Source: Candidatus Calditenuaceae archaeon HR02 (GTDB lineage: Archaea > Thermoproteota > Nitrososphaeria_A > Caldarchaeales > Calditenuaceae). From it: 64,000 nt of DNA. Numbering within the stretch: position 1 is the stretch's first letter; each line of letters starts with the position of its first letter. The notes under the pieces are model-generated. The model was given only the letters and a program-made list of their open reading frames with translations. It had not been told where the DNA came from and made no database searches. The stretch is taken from contig BEHE01000012.1 in the NCBI GenBank assembly GCA_002898395.1, positions 1 through 64,000 of the forward strand. Direction: 5' to 3'. A program made the position numbers and the translations under genes. This document shows, in pieces, positions 1-8,800 of the stretch.

Positions 1-103
1 AGGACGATAGGCACCGGAGTCCCAGAGACCATCAAGAAAACCCATGAAAGAAGAAAGGAAAACCAGGCCATAAACAAAACAATAAAACCAACTTAACAGA
101 CCC
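1..103 (+). mobile_element. possible 3' end of a transposase/IS remnant running in from the window edge
   Basis: A-rich open frame ending TAA at 94-96, embedded in AACTTAACAGACCC, which resembles archaeal IS6-type termini; most of the element lies outside the window. Confidence 0.25.
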
Positions 104-363
104 GGTCAATTTTATGATACATCTCGAAGTAAACCAGCAAAAATCTATCCTTGAGCCGTTAGACTTGTCAAAATATAAGAGTCTCCTATCTCCATGTAAT
201 GCGTTAATCCCTCACGAGGCTTGTACCCCAGCTCATACATGACTGTTTTATATTATTTCAACCTTTGTAGCCACTAGGAAGCCAATCCCTCCAACATAAC
301 CTCCCAAGCCAGGTATTACGAATAGGTTATGAGTATGGACGTGATGGATGGTGTATGGAGGGC

Positions 364-501
364 TTGTCTGAGGACGGGATGGAGCTCCTCTGCCGCCCAG
401 TGGTAGAGGCGGTTAGGGAGAGGTTTGGGAGGCTGGCCGAGACCCAGAGACGCGCTATCCCCCACATTTTTAAATTCCATCCGCTCCCCACCCGTGTATA
501 G
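364..501 (+). pseudogene. N-terminal remnant of an Lhr-like SF2 helicase
   Basis: Manual translation MSEDGMELLCRPVVEAVRERFGRLAETQRRAIPHIFK resembles the Q-motif region of Lhr helicases; stops before Walker A. Confidence 0.5.
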
Positions 502-502
502 A

Positions 503-1201
503 TTGGACAGCTTCGACATGCTGAGAGAGAAGATTTTACGGATCACGTCCACCCTCCCCTACCTTAAGCTGGCATGCGACAGGTGTCTAAGGACCGAGCG
601 GTGGGGTGGAAGCGTTGTTCTCATGGTCGTTGATGCAGCGCTAACCTCAAGCGGCCTAAGCTATTTCGATGTCGTGGTTCCACGGGTGAAGCTCTTCGCG
701 GAGAGGTTCGTGGAAAACGGGTGCATCGTACACCTCCGGGAGCTCTCACGTCTGGACATCAGGAGGGTCCAAGATATTTTAAGGAATACGGGTCCTTGGA
801 GGGTCGCTAAGAGCATCGCAGCCGTTTTAACCAGATACATGGATGATGATAGGGGAGCCCTGAGAAGCTGGGCATCTCAGTCTAGCCTTCACAATTGGAG
901 GCGAGACCCTATAGGTTGCATAAAAGGAGTTGGCCTCGTCACGTACCAGTATCTCAGGATGATGGGTGGGGTCGATACTTTGATGCCTGATAGGGTGGTG
1001 AAGCGGGTGGTAAACCGGCTGCTAGTGGGCGCTGGCCTTAAACCATTTGAAAACGATATGGAGTTCATCGAGGGCGTCACCGAGATTTGCGAGAAGATCG
1101 GTGTCCGGCCAACTGAGCTATGCTGGATGACCTGGCTAATTGAGGGTGAGGAGGACAAGATTAGGTCGCTAAAGGATCCGGAGCTACTGCTGAAAATATA
1201 G
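503..1201 (+). CDS. HhH-motif (DNA glycosylase/EndoIII-related) hypothetical protein
   Basis: IGCIKGVGLVTYQYLRM...MPDRVV resembles an HhH-GPD motif; start placed at TTG 503 (ORF track 425). Confidence 0.55.
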   Translation: MDSFDMLREKILRITSTLPYLKLACDRCLRTERWGGSVVLMVVDAALTSSGLSYFDVVVPRVKLFAERFVENGCIVHLRELSRLDIRRVQDILRNTGPWRVAKSIAAVLTRYMDDDRGALRSWASQSSLHNWRRDPIGCIKGVGLVTYQYLRMMGGVDTLMPDRVVKRVVNRLLVGAGLKPFENDMEFIEGVTEICEKIGVRPTELCWMTWLIEGEEDKIRSLKDPELLLKI

Positions 1202-1257
1202 GGCTCCACTAACCAATTATAAACCTATTAGACAGCCATTAGATCGTTTAACTAAGG

Positions 1258-1923
1258 ATGTCCACTGTCATCGACTTGGAGAGAGGAGTTCGAGAGGTGT
1301 TGGAGAAGCGGGCAAAGCGTAACTTCACTCAATCGGTAGAGCTGATGATAAATCTGAAGGATGTTGATGTGAGTAAGCCGGAAAAGCGCTTTAGCGAAAT
1401 GATAGAGCTGCCACACGGGCTTGGGTCCGCTGCCAAGCGTATAGCTGTTGTAGCCACTGGTGAATTGGCGCTTAGGGCATCTAGGTCTCAACATGTTGAC
1501 AGGGTCTTTGAGAGACACGAGATAGAGGGGTTAGTAGGGAATAAGAAGGCTGCGAAAAGGGTTGTAAGAGAGTTCGACCACTTTCTTATCGAGCCTCAAC
1601 TCGTCCCTTTAGCGGCACGTGCTCTCGGCGCGGCACTCGGAGGCGTGGGGAAGACACCTATACCGATACCGGCTAACGTGGATATTGATGAGTTTGCTGC
1701 TAGGTATAAGAGAACCATTGTAGCTAGGGTGCGTAAAGTTCCGCAGGTTATGTGTATTGTCGGAACAGAAGAGATGAGTGCTGATCAGATATTAGATAAT
1801 GCGAGGGCAGTCGTCGAGAGGGTTGTCTCGAGACTTGAAAACGGATGGGCTAATGTCAAGTCGATCGTCTTGAAGTTGAGCATGAGCCCGCCAGTTAAGA
1901 TTAAGCCTGAGAAGAAGAGGTAG
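1258..1923 (+). CDS. rpl1: 50S ribosomal protein L1
   Basis: KRNFTQSVELMINLKD...LPHG...KLSMSPPVKI. Confidence 0.95.
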   Translation: MSTVIDLERGVREVLEKRAKRNFTQSVELMINLKDVDVSKPEKRFSEMIELPHGLGSAAKRIAVVATGELALRASRSQHVDRVFERHEIEGLVGNKKAAKRVVREFDHFLIEPQLVPLAARALGAALGGVGKTPIPIPANVDIDEFAARYKRTIVARVRKVPQVMCIVGTEEMSADQILDNARAVVERVVSRLENGWANVKSIVLKLSMSPPVKIKPEKKR

Positions 1924-2404
1924 CTGCTGAGAGCAACTCCTCATATTTACCCATCCTTAACTCTTCTATAAACTCCTTCGGATTCTTTCCATCAATTGTT
2001 ACACCCATGCTTAGACATGTTCCGGCCACTGATAGCACGGCCGCCTTTAGAGAAGTAGCCCTTAGCTGCTCCATCTTTAGCTTCGCAATCCTGATTAGAC
2101 CCTCAAGTGAGAGGTCTCCTACAGTCTGTTTGTGCGCTGTGCCTGACCCCTTCTCAACCCCTGCCTCCTTGGCGATAAGGGCAATAGTGCTAGGGACACC
2201 TACCTCAACACTAAACGACTTAGTGTCCGAGTCTACTTTCACAATCACAGTAACGTGCATGCCTTTGAACTCCGCGGTCTTCCGATTTATCTCCTCGATA
2301 AGCTGTAGTACATTGATTCCGAGCGGCGTGAGTGTGGGACCTATAGGGGGGCCTGCAGTCGCCTTTCCACCCTCTACTACGAACTTGTACGTTTTTTCAG
2401 CCAC
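1901..2404 (-). CDS. rpl11: 50S ribosomal protein L11
   Basis: GGKATAGPPIGPTL...GTCLSMGVTIDG. Confidence 0.96.
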   Translation of the reverse strand: MAEKTYKFVVEGGKATAGPPIGPTLTPLGINVLQLIEEINRKTAEFKGMHVTVIVKVDSDTKSFSVEVGVPSTIALIAKEAGVEKGSGTAHKQTVGDLSLEGLIRIAKLKMEQLRATSLKAAVLSVAGTCLSMGVTIDGKNPKEFIEELRMGKYEELLSAATSSSQA

Positions 2405-2459
2405 GCTTAATCACCATTCAAAGTCCACAATAAATACTTGAAAAATTTTTGAGGACTGG

Positions 2460-2933
2460 CTAGCGGGTCTCTTGCTGCTGCCGTATCGGCCTGAGTTGCC
2501 GAGCCGGGACAGAGATAGGAAGCGGATATATGCTCTCAGTTAACTCTATCGTGACCGAGTTTTTCTGCCTATCGATGCGTAGAACCTTGCCAGTCACTCC
2601 CTTGAGCGGCCCAGCAATAACCTCAACCATCTCACCCTCATTAATAGTCTCTATCACGGGCCTCTCGACGATGTGTTGCTTCAGCTCATCTATAGAAACG
2701 GCTGTGATGGGCCTAGACTTAACATGCATCATGCCCTGGGTGAGGAGGGCGATTCGGTCCTTATCCACCCCTTCTATAAACACATAACCCTTTAGCATTG
2801 GTAGAATGAATATCGAGGCTATATCCCCCGCCTCAGTGTCGATCCTGTTTGAGAGTAGCCTAGCCACGTTCTTCTCCTGCCCTACGGTGGTTCTTATCGC
2901 AAATATCTGAAACTTCTTATCAGCCTGGCTCAT
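2460..2933 (-). CDS. spt5: transcription elongation factor Spt5 (NusG)
   Basis: IRTTVGQE, KGYVFIE and KOW motif GEMVEVIAGPLKG. Confidence 0.95.
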   Translation of the reverse strand: MSQADKKFQIFAIRTTVGQEKNVARLLSNRIDTEAGDIASIFILPMLKGYVFIEGVDKDRIALLTQGMMHVKSRPITAVSIDELKQHIVERPVIETINEGEMVEVIAGPLKGVTGKVLRIDRQKNSVTIELTESIYPLPISVPARQLRPIRQQQETR

Positions 2934-3106
2934 TACACTCCACCTTGGAGAGCTATCATTAGGAACCTGACTAGAAAGGATATGACGCCGAGTAAAAGCA
3001 CCCCCAGCAGTGTTATTCTCGCAAAAGTGAGGTACGTCTCCTTGGTTGGCTTTTGAGATACCCTAATCACCGTAATGACAGATCTGGCGAACTCCCTAAC
3101 CCCCAT
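2933..3106 (-). CDS. secE: protein translocase subunit SecE/Sec61-gamma
   Basis: Below the ORF-track cutoff; MGVREFARSVITVIRVSQKPTKETYLTFARITLLGVLLLGVISFLV has the KP motif plus one TM helix, in the canonical position upstream of spt5. Confidence 0.9.
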   Translation of the reverse strand: MGVREFARSVITVIRVSQKPTKETYLTFARITLLGVLLLGVISFLVRFLMIALQGGV

Positions 3107-3150
3107 CTGAATCTTATCATCCCAGTTCGCCTATATATGTTTAGACGCGT

Positions 3151-5052
3151 TTAAAGAATGCCAGCTAGCCTCACCAAGAGGACAAGAAGCAAGATCACCA
3201 GTCCTATGGCTACACCGCTAATGTTGAGGTTGCTGCTACCCGTCTGGATATATCGGACCGCATCCACTATCTTCTGGAAGGCCCTTGCCGCCGCATAGTT
3301 TACGCCATCGATTACCTTCTCTTCCACTCCACTTCTTATTAGTGCGGAGAGCCTTGTAAACCCATCTACAAAGACTATCTTGTATGCCACGTCTATGTAG
3401 TATCTATTCACCAAGAGTGAGTGTATTGCAGACAATAAGGGGGATTGGCGTACAGCCTCTGGACTCCAGGCCCGTTTTATGTAGAAGAGATAGGCGATAG
3501 TGAAGCCTGTTACTAAGATCCCCCCAGAGATAGCGTATGTTGCAGGTGGTACTTTGATGTCCTCGTGAATCCCTATGAAGTGGTGTAGGGCTTCCTCGAA
3601 TGGTGGTAGACCTGTTAGGGTGAGAGCCGCGAGAATAATCAGGGGTGTTGTCATAGTTCTAAACGATTCTGCGTGGCCGTGTTGCTCTACATGGTGCTTC
3701 ACCTCCCCTAGGAAAACCTTGCTCAGCCACCTGAAGCTATAGATAACCGTTAGGATTGAAGCCGAGGCAACTAGTAGGAGAGGAACCCAGACCTCCCGCT
3801 CTACAAGCGCTCCGAGTACGATGTCCTTGCTGAAGAAGCCGTTGAATGGCGGGATGCCTGAGAGGGCTAACACGCCAATCGTAGCGGTGTAGAATGTAAT
3901 GGGCATAACCTTTCTCAGCCCACCCATCTCATCGATGTTGTTCGTGCCCAGATAGTGTATCACGACTCCGGATGCGAGGAAGAGGAGCGCCTTGAAGATC
4001 GAGTGGCTGACCAGGTGGAAAACGCCTCCAAACCATCCCATAGAAGTCCCCACCCCCAGCGCTACGAACATAAGTGCTAGCTGGCTGATCGTCGAGTATG
4101 CTATAACGCGTTTAATATCGTTAGAGACCAGCCCCATGCTCGCAGCCAACAGGGCTGTGAAACCGCCTATCGTCGCTATCGCGGTATACCACTCTGAGAG
4201 CTGTGCGGGGGTAAAAAGCTCAAAGGGAACTATTGTGAAGCTGTATCGCGCTACCAGATAAACACCTGCCTTTACCATGGTAGCCGCATGTATCAGCGCG
4301 GAGACAGGTGTTGGGCCCTCCATAGCGTCTGGGAGCCAGACGTGGAGTGGAAACTGCGCAGACTTGCCTACCGCGCCTCCGAAGGCTAGTAGGAGGACTA
4401 GCATCAAAAGACCCATGTCGAGGTGTCCAGCCGCGGCTCTCTCCTCTACAACGCCTCTAAGTTCGGTGAATTCTAATGTGTTAAATACAGCAAATGTGAT
4501 AAGAATGGAGGCGAAAAGCAATACATCGCCTATCCTTGTCGTTATGAAAGCCTTGATAGCGGCCTCCCTGGCCTCTCTCCTATGAACATAGTATCCGATA
4601 AGGGCGTAGCTACAGATTCCGACGATCTCCCAGCCAATATACAGGCCTAGCAGGTTGGATGCGGTGACTAGAAGCACCATGCCACCTATGAAGAGTGTCA
4701 TGAAGAAGTAGTATCGGCTAACCCCTTCCTCATGGTGCATGTAGCCTATCGAGTAAAGCATTATGAGGGTTCCTATACCGGTGGCTATGAGGGCCATGAC
4801 GACTGAAAGGGGGTCTAGAAGGATCCCGATGCGAACCGCGCCGCCACCGGGCAGACTTATCCATACAATATCCGCCTGCACACTCTTTCCTCCCCAGACC
4901 CGAGGTAGTAGTGTGGTGGTTAGGACCGCTGAAGTGGCCACCACCAGCACGGAGAAAGCCTCCCCCACCCTCCTTGATATCTTGACGAGGCCAGGGACTA
5001 GGAAGGCGGCGGCCATTGGAAGCAACCAGATTAGCCACGCCTCAAGCATCAT
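3151..5052 (-). CDS. nuoL: NADH-quinone oxidoreductase subunit L
   Basis: GKSAQFPLHVWLPDAMEGPTPVSALIHAATMVKAGVY, IAYSTISQL. Confidence 0.92.
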   Translation of the reverse strand: MMLEAWLIWLLPMAAAFLVPGLVKISRRVGEAFSVLVVATSAVLTTTLLPRVWGGKSVQADIVWISLPGGGAVRIGILLDPLSVVMALIATGIGTLIMLYSIGYMHHEEGVSRYYFFMTLFIGGMVLLVTASNLLGLYIGWEIVGICSYALIGYYVHRREAREAAIKAFITTRIGDVLLFASILITFAVFNTLEFTELRGVVEERAAAGHLDMGLLMLVLLLAFGGAVGKSAQFPLHVWLPDAMEGPTPVSALIHAATMVKAGVYLVARYSFTIVPFELFTPAQLSEWYTAIATIGGFTALLAASMGLVSNDIKRVIAYSTISQLALMFVALGVGTSMGWFGGVFHLVSHSIFKALLFLASGVVIHYLGTNNIDEMGGLRKVMPITFYTATIGVLALSGIPPFNGFFSKDIVLGALVEREVWVPLLLVASASILTVIYSFRWLSKVFLGEVKHHVEQHGHAESFRTMTTPLIILAALTLTGLPPFEEALHHFIGIHEDIKVPPATYAISGGILVTGFTIAYLFYIKRAWSPEAVRQSPLLSAIHSLLVNRYYIDVAYKIVFVDGFTRLSALIRSGVEEKVIDGVNYAAARAFQKIVDAVRYIQTGSSNLNISGVAIGLVILLLVLLVRLAGIL

Positions 5053-5110
5053 TAGAGACCACGAAGTGTCAGTATTTTAACCCGCTTACCCGGGCCTAAT
5101 CGAGTCTTGG

Positions 5111-5722
5111 CTAGGACCTGTAGACTTCTTCAAGGACCTGCCTGAAAGTCTCCGTATCCATTTCTGGGGTCAGGATGCGTCGGAGTACATGGTTGCGGTC
5201 TGCCACATATATGACGGCGCTATGGCTGACGTAGTATGTGTCTTCACGCCTGACGGCTGACTCGTAGTCTTCCACCCTCGCGGCACCGTAGGTCTTCCAC
5301 ACCTTCCCCAATTCCTCCAGATCACCAGTAAGAGCTATAGCCTTGGGATAATACTGTGAAAGCCACCTTGAGAGTGTGGATGGTGTATCCCTTAAAGGGT
5401 CAACCGTTATGAAGATTACCGCGAAGTCTTCCGACTTAGGGCCTAGGATTTTCAGAGACTCTGAGATTTTCCTCATGGCTAGAGGGCAGACGTCCGGGCA
5501 GCCTGTGTATCCGAAGAATAGTATGACGGGCCTCCCAGCTACCTTGCTGAGACTAAAGCTCTGATTGTATTGGCTGATCAATGTGAAGTCCGGGAGGCGT
5601 CTGCCACTGACCACAACTCCCGTATGCGGCTCTTCTGTAGACTTTATTGGCAGTGCCATAAATAAAATAGTTATTGCGGCTATCGAGAGCACCGCTGCTG
5701 CGAGCAGGCGCGTTATATTCAT
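5111..5722 (-). CDS. SCO1/SenC family copper chaperone
   Basis: FGYTGCPDVCP (CxxxC), TVDP-RD, conserved His in YYVSHS; N-terminal TM helix. Confidence 0.92.
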   Translation of the reverse strand: MNITRLLAAAVLSIAAITILFMALPIKSTEEPHTGVVVSGRRLPDFTLISQYNQSFSLSKVAGRPVILFFGYTGCPDVCPLAMRKISESLKILGPKSEDFAVIFITVDPLRDTPSTLSRWLSQYYPKAIALTGDLEELGKVWKTYGAARVEDYESAVRREDTYYVSHSAVIYVADRNHVLRRILTPEMDTETFRQVLEEVYRS

Positions 5723-7206
5723 TTAGATCCTAACCGTGCCCCTCTCGGTCGCCCGAGGCTGATAACCGAGATGACGACTCCCAAGCCTATGAGGAACGCC
5801 AGTAACGCTGTCAGGTCTATTGTCGGCCCTGCACCGGAGATTGCCGCAGCCTTATACACAATTATTGACCCCTTCATATATGGATGTATGCCACAGATGT
5901 AGCTGTACTCTCCCTCCTTACTGAACGTATATGCGAATCTATCCGCGTTCTTTAGCAGGTCAGATGCGAAGGTCTCCGGCCCTGAGACTGCGGCCACATT
6001 GTGCTGTCCCGTGACCTCACCCGACCCTATGCTCAGGACGTCTTCATTAACCCAGACAACCTTCGAGCCAGTAGGAATCCTTGCTGCTTTGGGGTAGAAG
6101 CTGTTGCCCAAGATCCGAACCACGACAGTCTCTCCGGGGTAGAATGTTGCTGCGTCTCTTAAGTCCTCGTCGGTTGGTTCGAAGGGTGCTACAACCCTCT
6201 TGGCGCCTTGGATTTGTGCAGGCGGCTGCGGCCCCTGTGGCAAGATTATGCTATCCCGCTCATTATCTCTCTTGGCTGAGAGATAGCCTGCGGCTCCCTT
6301 CAATGTTTGTGTTCCGAAGGCATGTGTAACTAGCAGGAAATTCCCCTCTGAGGGTACTCGCCACTCTATGACGTAAGAGTCTGTCGGCCCTACAGTAACG
6401 GTCTGTAGACCCTCCTCCACATTGTTTGGGTTGCCGCCGTGGTATACGTATTCCCAGATACCGCCCACGGCGTGGAAGCTAGAGACAAGGTTAGGCCCAA
6501 CGTTTAGGAAGTAGAACCTGACATAGTCCCCAGGCCTCGCCTTGATAGGCTCGGTCAAATATCGGAACACTCTCCCATTGAACATTACATAGATCGGCTT
6601 TCCGTCTGTGAAGTCTTTGCCATTGGCATAGACCTCGTGTTGGACTAGGAAAACCTTTATGTCTGGCGCCTTTCCTAGCTGCTCCTCGAGCCGATACTTC
6701 GTCTTTTTTGGCTCCACCACTATCATCCCATACATGCCTGCTAGTGTGTGGGTTAGGATCCCATGACCACCTGGCGCGCAGTGGTACATGTAGACGCCGG
6801 GGAAGTCGGCCTTGAAGACCAGCTTCCGAGACTCACCCGGTGGGATGCTTCCGACGAAGAGGGACGTCTGGGTGTTCGCAGCGTGTATCGAGGCGCCATG
6901 CGTATATTTCCCCCCGTTCTTCACCGTTATCTCTACAACATCTCCCTCCTCTATCAAGATTAGGGGCCCTGGAACAGTGCCGTTGAAGGTCCAAGCCCTG
7001 AAGACCACACCATCATCTATCAGGACGTCATTCTCCGACGCGATCAGAAGGAATCGCTTATTAGGCGTGGAACCTGGAGGCGGATTCCCAGGAACGTCGG
7101 CGTAAACGATTTGCGGCTGGGCAGAGGCAGCAGCGCTCAAAATGGCCAAGCTGAAAAAGACGGCTACGCAGATGCTGTAGAATCTAGTCCAAGAACCCTT
7201 CATCAA
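5719..7206 (-). CDS. nirK: copper-containing nitrite reductase with C-terminal cupredoxin domain and membrane anchor
   Basis: Signal peptide; THGASIHA, YHCAPGGHGILTHTLAGMYG, SSFHAVG, LVTHAF; extra amicyanin-like HNV...CGIHPYM; C-terminal hydrophobic helix. Confidence 0.82.
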   Translation of the reverse strand: MMKGSWTRFYSICVAVFFSLAILSAAASAQPQIVYADVPGNPPPGSTPNKRFLLIASENDVLIDDGVVFRAWTFNGTVPGPLILIEEGDVVEITVKNGGKYTHGASIHAANTQTSLFVGSIPPGESRKLVFKADFPGVYMYHCAPGGHGILTHTLAGMYGMIVVEPKKTKYRLEEQLGKAPDIKVFLVQHEVYANGKDFTDGKPIYVMFNGRVFRYLTEPIKARPGDYVRFYFLNVGPNLVSSFHAVGGIWEYVYHGGNPNNVEEGLQTVTVGPTDSYVIEWRVPSEGNFLLVTHAFGTQTLKGAAGYLSAKRDNERDSIILPQGPQPPAQIQGAKRVVAPFEPTDEDLRDAATFYPGETVVVRILGNSFYPKAARIPTGSKVVWVNEDVLSIGSGEVTGQHNVAAVSGPETFASDLLKNADRFAYTFSKEGEYSYICGIHPYMKGSIIVYKAAAISGAGPTIDLTALLAFLIGLGVVISVISLGRPRGARLGSK

Positions 7207-7240
7207 TTTAATATAATATTCTGGAAATCATTAACCGCTA

Positions 7241-7300
7241 TATGCAACACTGATTCCTTTTATCCTTAATTTTCTGCATATTCTTGCATAAAATTGCATA
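7241..7300. promoter_or_regulatory. phased TGCATA repeats, candidate operator upstream of nirK
   Basis: TGCATA at 7275, 7285 and 7295 (exact 10-bp period) plus inverted TATGCAA at 7241. Confidence 0.5.
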
Positions 7301-7344
7301 GAGAGGAAAGATGTTAAGGGTAAAAGCTCAAATGATGGAAGAAT

Positions 7345-7566
7345 GGGGGAGGGGGGTTAGCCCGGCGGACAATCAGCCCAACAACATCTAGGAAACCCAA
7401 ACGAGGCCGGTTGTTTAAATTCCAGACATGACTGGCGAAAGAGCCAGTCTGTTTAAATAATTGACATACTGGCCTCGGGCTTTATCCCTGTTGTTGGGAC
7501 GGTATGTCCGCCGGCCTCTGGGTCTCCTGCTTGTATGTCAGCCAGACTCTCATCAACACATCCCCC
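7345..7566 (+). ncRNA. candidate novel structured ncRNA (~220 nt)
   Basis: Nested stems 7345-50/7561-66, 7362-71/7505-14, 7377-86/7489-98, 7402-11/7468-77, 7430-36/7443-49; non-WC pairs are G-U on the + strand; BRE/TATA-like GAAAGATGTTAAG ~30 bp upstream; pyrimidine tract downstream. Confidence 0.6.
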
Positions 7567-7820
7567 TGTTCTCTTGCTCTCGACTTATATTTACTAATTA
7601 CCGCTATCGCAGGTCTTTCTAATGCTTCACATGCCTCACGTCCATACCTCTTACTATTCGACCGTTCTCGATACAGCCTCAAATATCAACGAACCCTTCA
7701 TAGCACAACTAAAGCCTCCCCAACCAATACATGATTATGAGCCGTTATTAAATAGGGAGAGGCCAATCAAGGTAAGACTACTCCCCAGACACCCTCAGAG
7801 AAAGGCTTGAGAATGTGAAT

Positions 7821-7950
7821 CTAAGATACTACACAGCCGCTAAGAGTTGTGCATATAATAGGGGGTTTAAATACTACTCAAAATGCCAACAATACATAAA
7901 CACAGATGCTATAGATGCAACACAAAACTAAGGAATAAGTCGAGAAGATA
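7821..7950 (+). repeat. dispersed ~130-bp element, copy A
   Basis: Core TTTAAATACtaCTCAAAATGCCAACAATACATAAACACAGA...ATGCAACACAAAACTAAG...GAAGATA shared with 24210, 25989 and 51528. Confidence 0.88.
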
Positions 7951-8124
7951 ACACTTAACTCACGATCCCTAACATAATCCTTAACATCCAAGAGTTATGT
8001 CGAGCCCTGCGCCTTTGACCTGGCTGGCAAGGTTGAGGTTGTCTATTACTGAGAGGCTGTGACTTCGATCTGGACGTTGAAGCAAGAGACTACTTAAATA
8101 GTTCGCCCCATATATATGATTTAA

Positions 8125-8778
8125 ATGACACGCTACCCCTTTCACACCTTGATTCTCATACGTGATACCGACTGTAAGGTTTGCCAGCTTCTCGAGACAG
8201 GATTGATTGAGGGGGTTTTTAAGCACTTAAGATGCGGAGAGACTTTCTCCACACACCTGATCCAACTAATCCGGAGCGATGGGGGTTTGAAGAGTCGGAA
8301 TTTGAGGGCCTTTGGCTTCTCTGTGTACCGCCTCTCTGACGGACTCTTGCTCATCGAGTCGCCCAGCTGCACCGCCTGTAAGATAGTATCTAAGTCACCA
8401 TGTATTCCGAGGCAGGCCATCTACATTCCTAGAACCGGGATAATCTACAATCTCATAACACCAGGTCCAAGGGTTTCTAAAAGGATTGTGGAGAAGCTGG
8501 CTGCGGCTGGGAAAGATGTTGAGGTGGTGGAGGAATCACGTCTCGTACTTCCAAGGACACTTACGAAGAAGCAATATCTAGTTCTTGTCACAGCCATGAA
8601 GATGGGGTACTTTAACACGCCGAGGGAGTGTACCCTCTCAGAGGTCTCATCCGAGCTCGGTCTCTCAAAATCTACGGTGTATAGATACTTGAAGGCCGCC
8701 CTCAAGAAATTGGCACTGGAGGCACTGCTCCAGTATGAGGCTATACGTGAACGTGGTAAGGCATCATTAATATACTGA
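8125..8778 (+). CDS. HTH-10 (Bat-family) transcriptional regulator, Cys-rich, NarO/DmsR-like
   Basis: LTKKQYLVLVTAMKMGYFNTPRECTLSEVSSELGLSKSTV C-terminal HTH-10; N-terminal CKVC and CTAC-x7-C. Confidence 0.85.
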   Translation: MTRYPFHTLILIRDTDCKVCQLLETGLIEGVFKHLRCGETFSTHLIQLIRSDGGLKSRNLRAFGFSVYRLSDGLLLIESPSCTACKIVSKSPCIPRQAIYIPRTGIIYNLITPGPRVSKRIVEKLAAAGKDVEVVEESRLVLPRTLTKKQYLVLVTAMKMGYFNTPRECTLSEVSSELGLSKSTVYRYLKAALKKLALEALLQYEAIRERGKASLIY

Positions 8779-8800
8779 AGCCCGACAATTTCCCATTGTC

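Noticed and set aside
7482-7810. Short ORFs 7482-7682, 7504-7734 and 7622-7810
   Set aside because: No recognisable motifs; two overlap the structured RNA candidate; probably spurious
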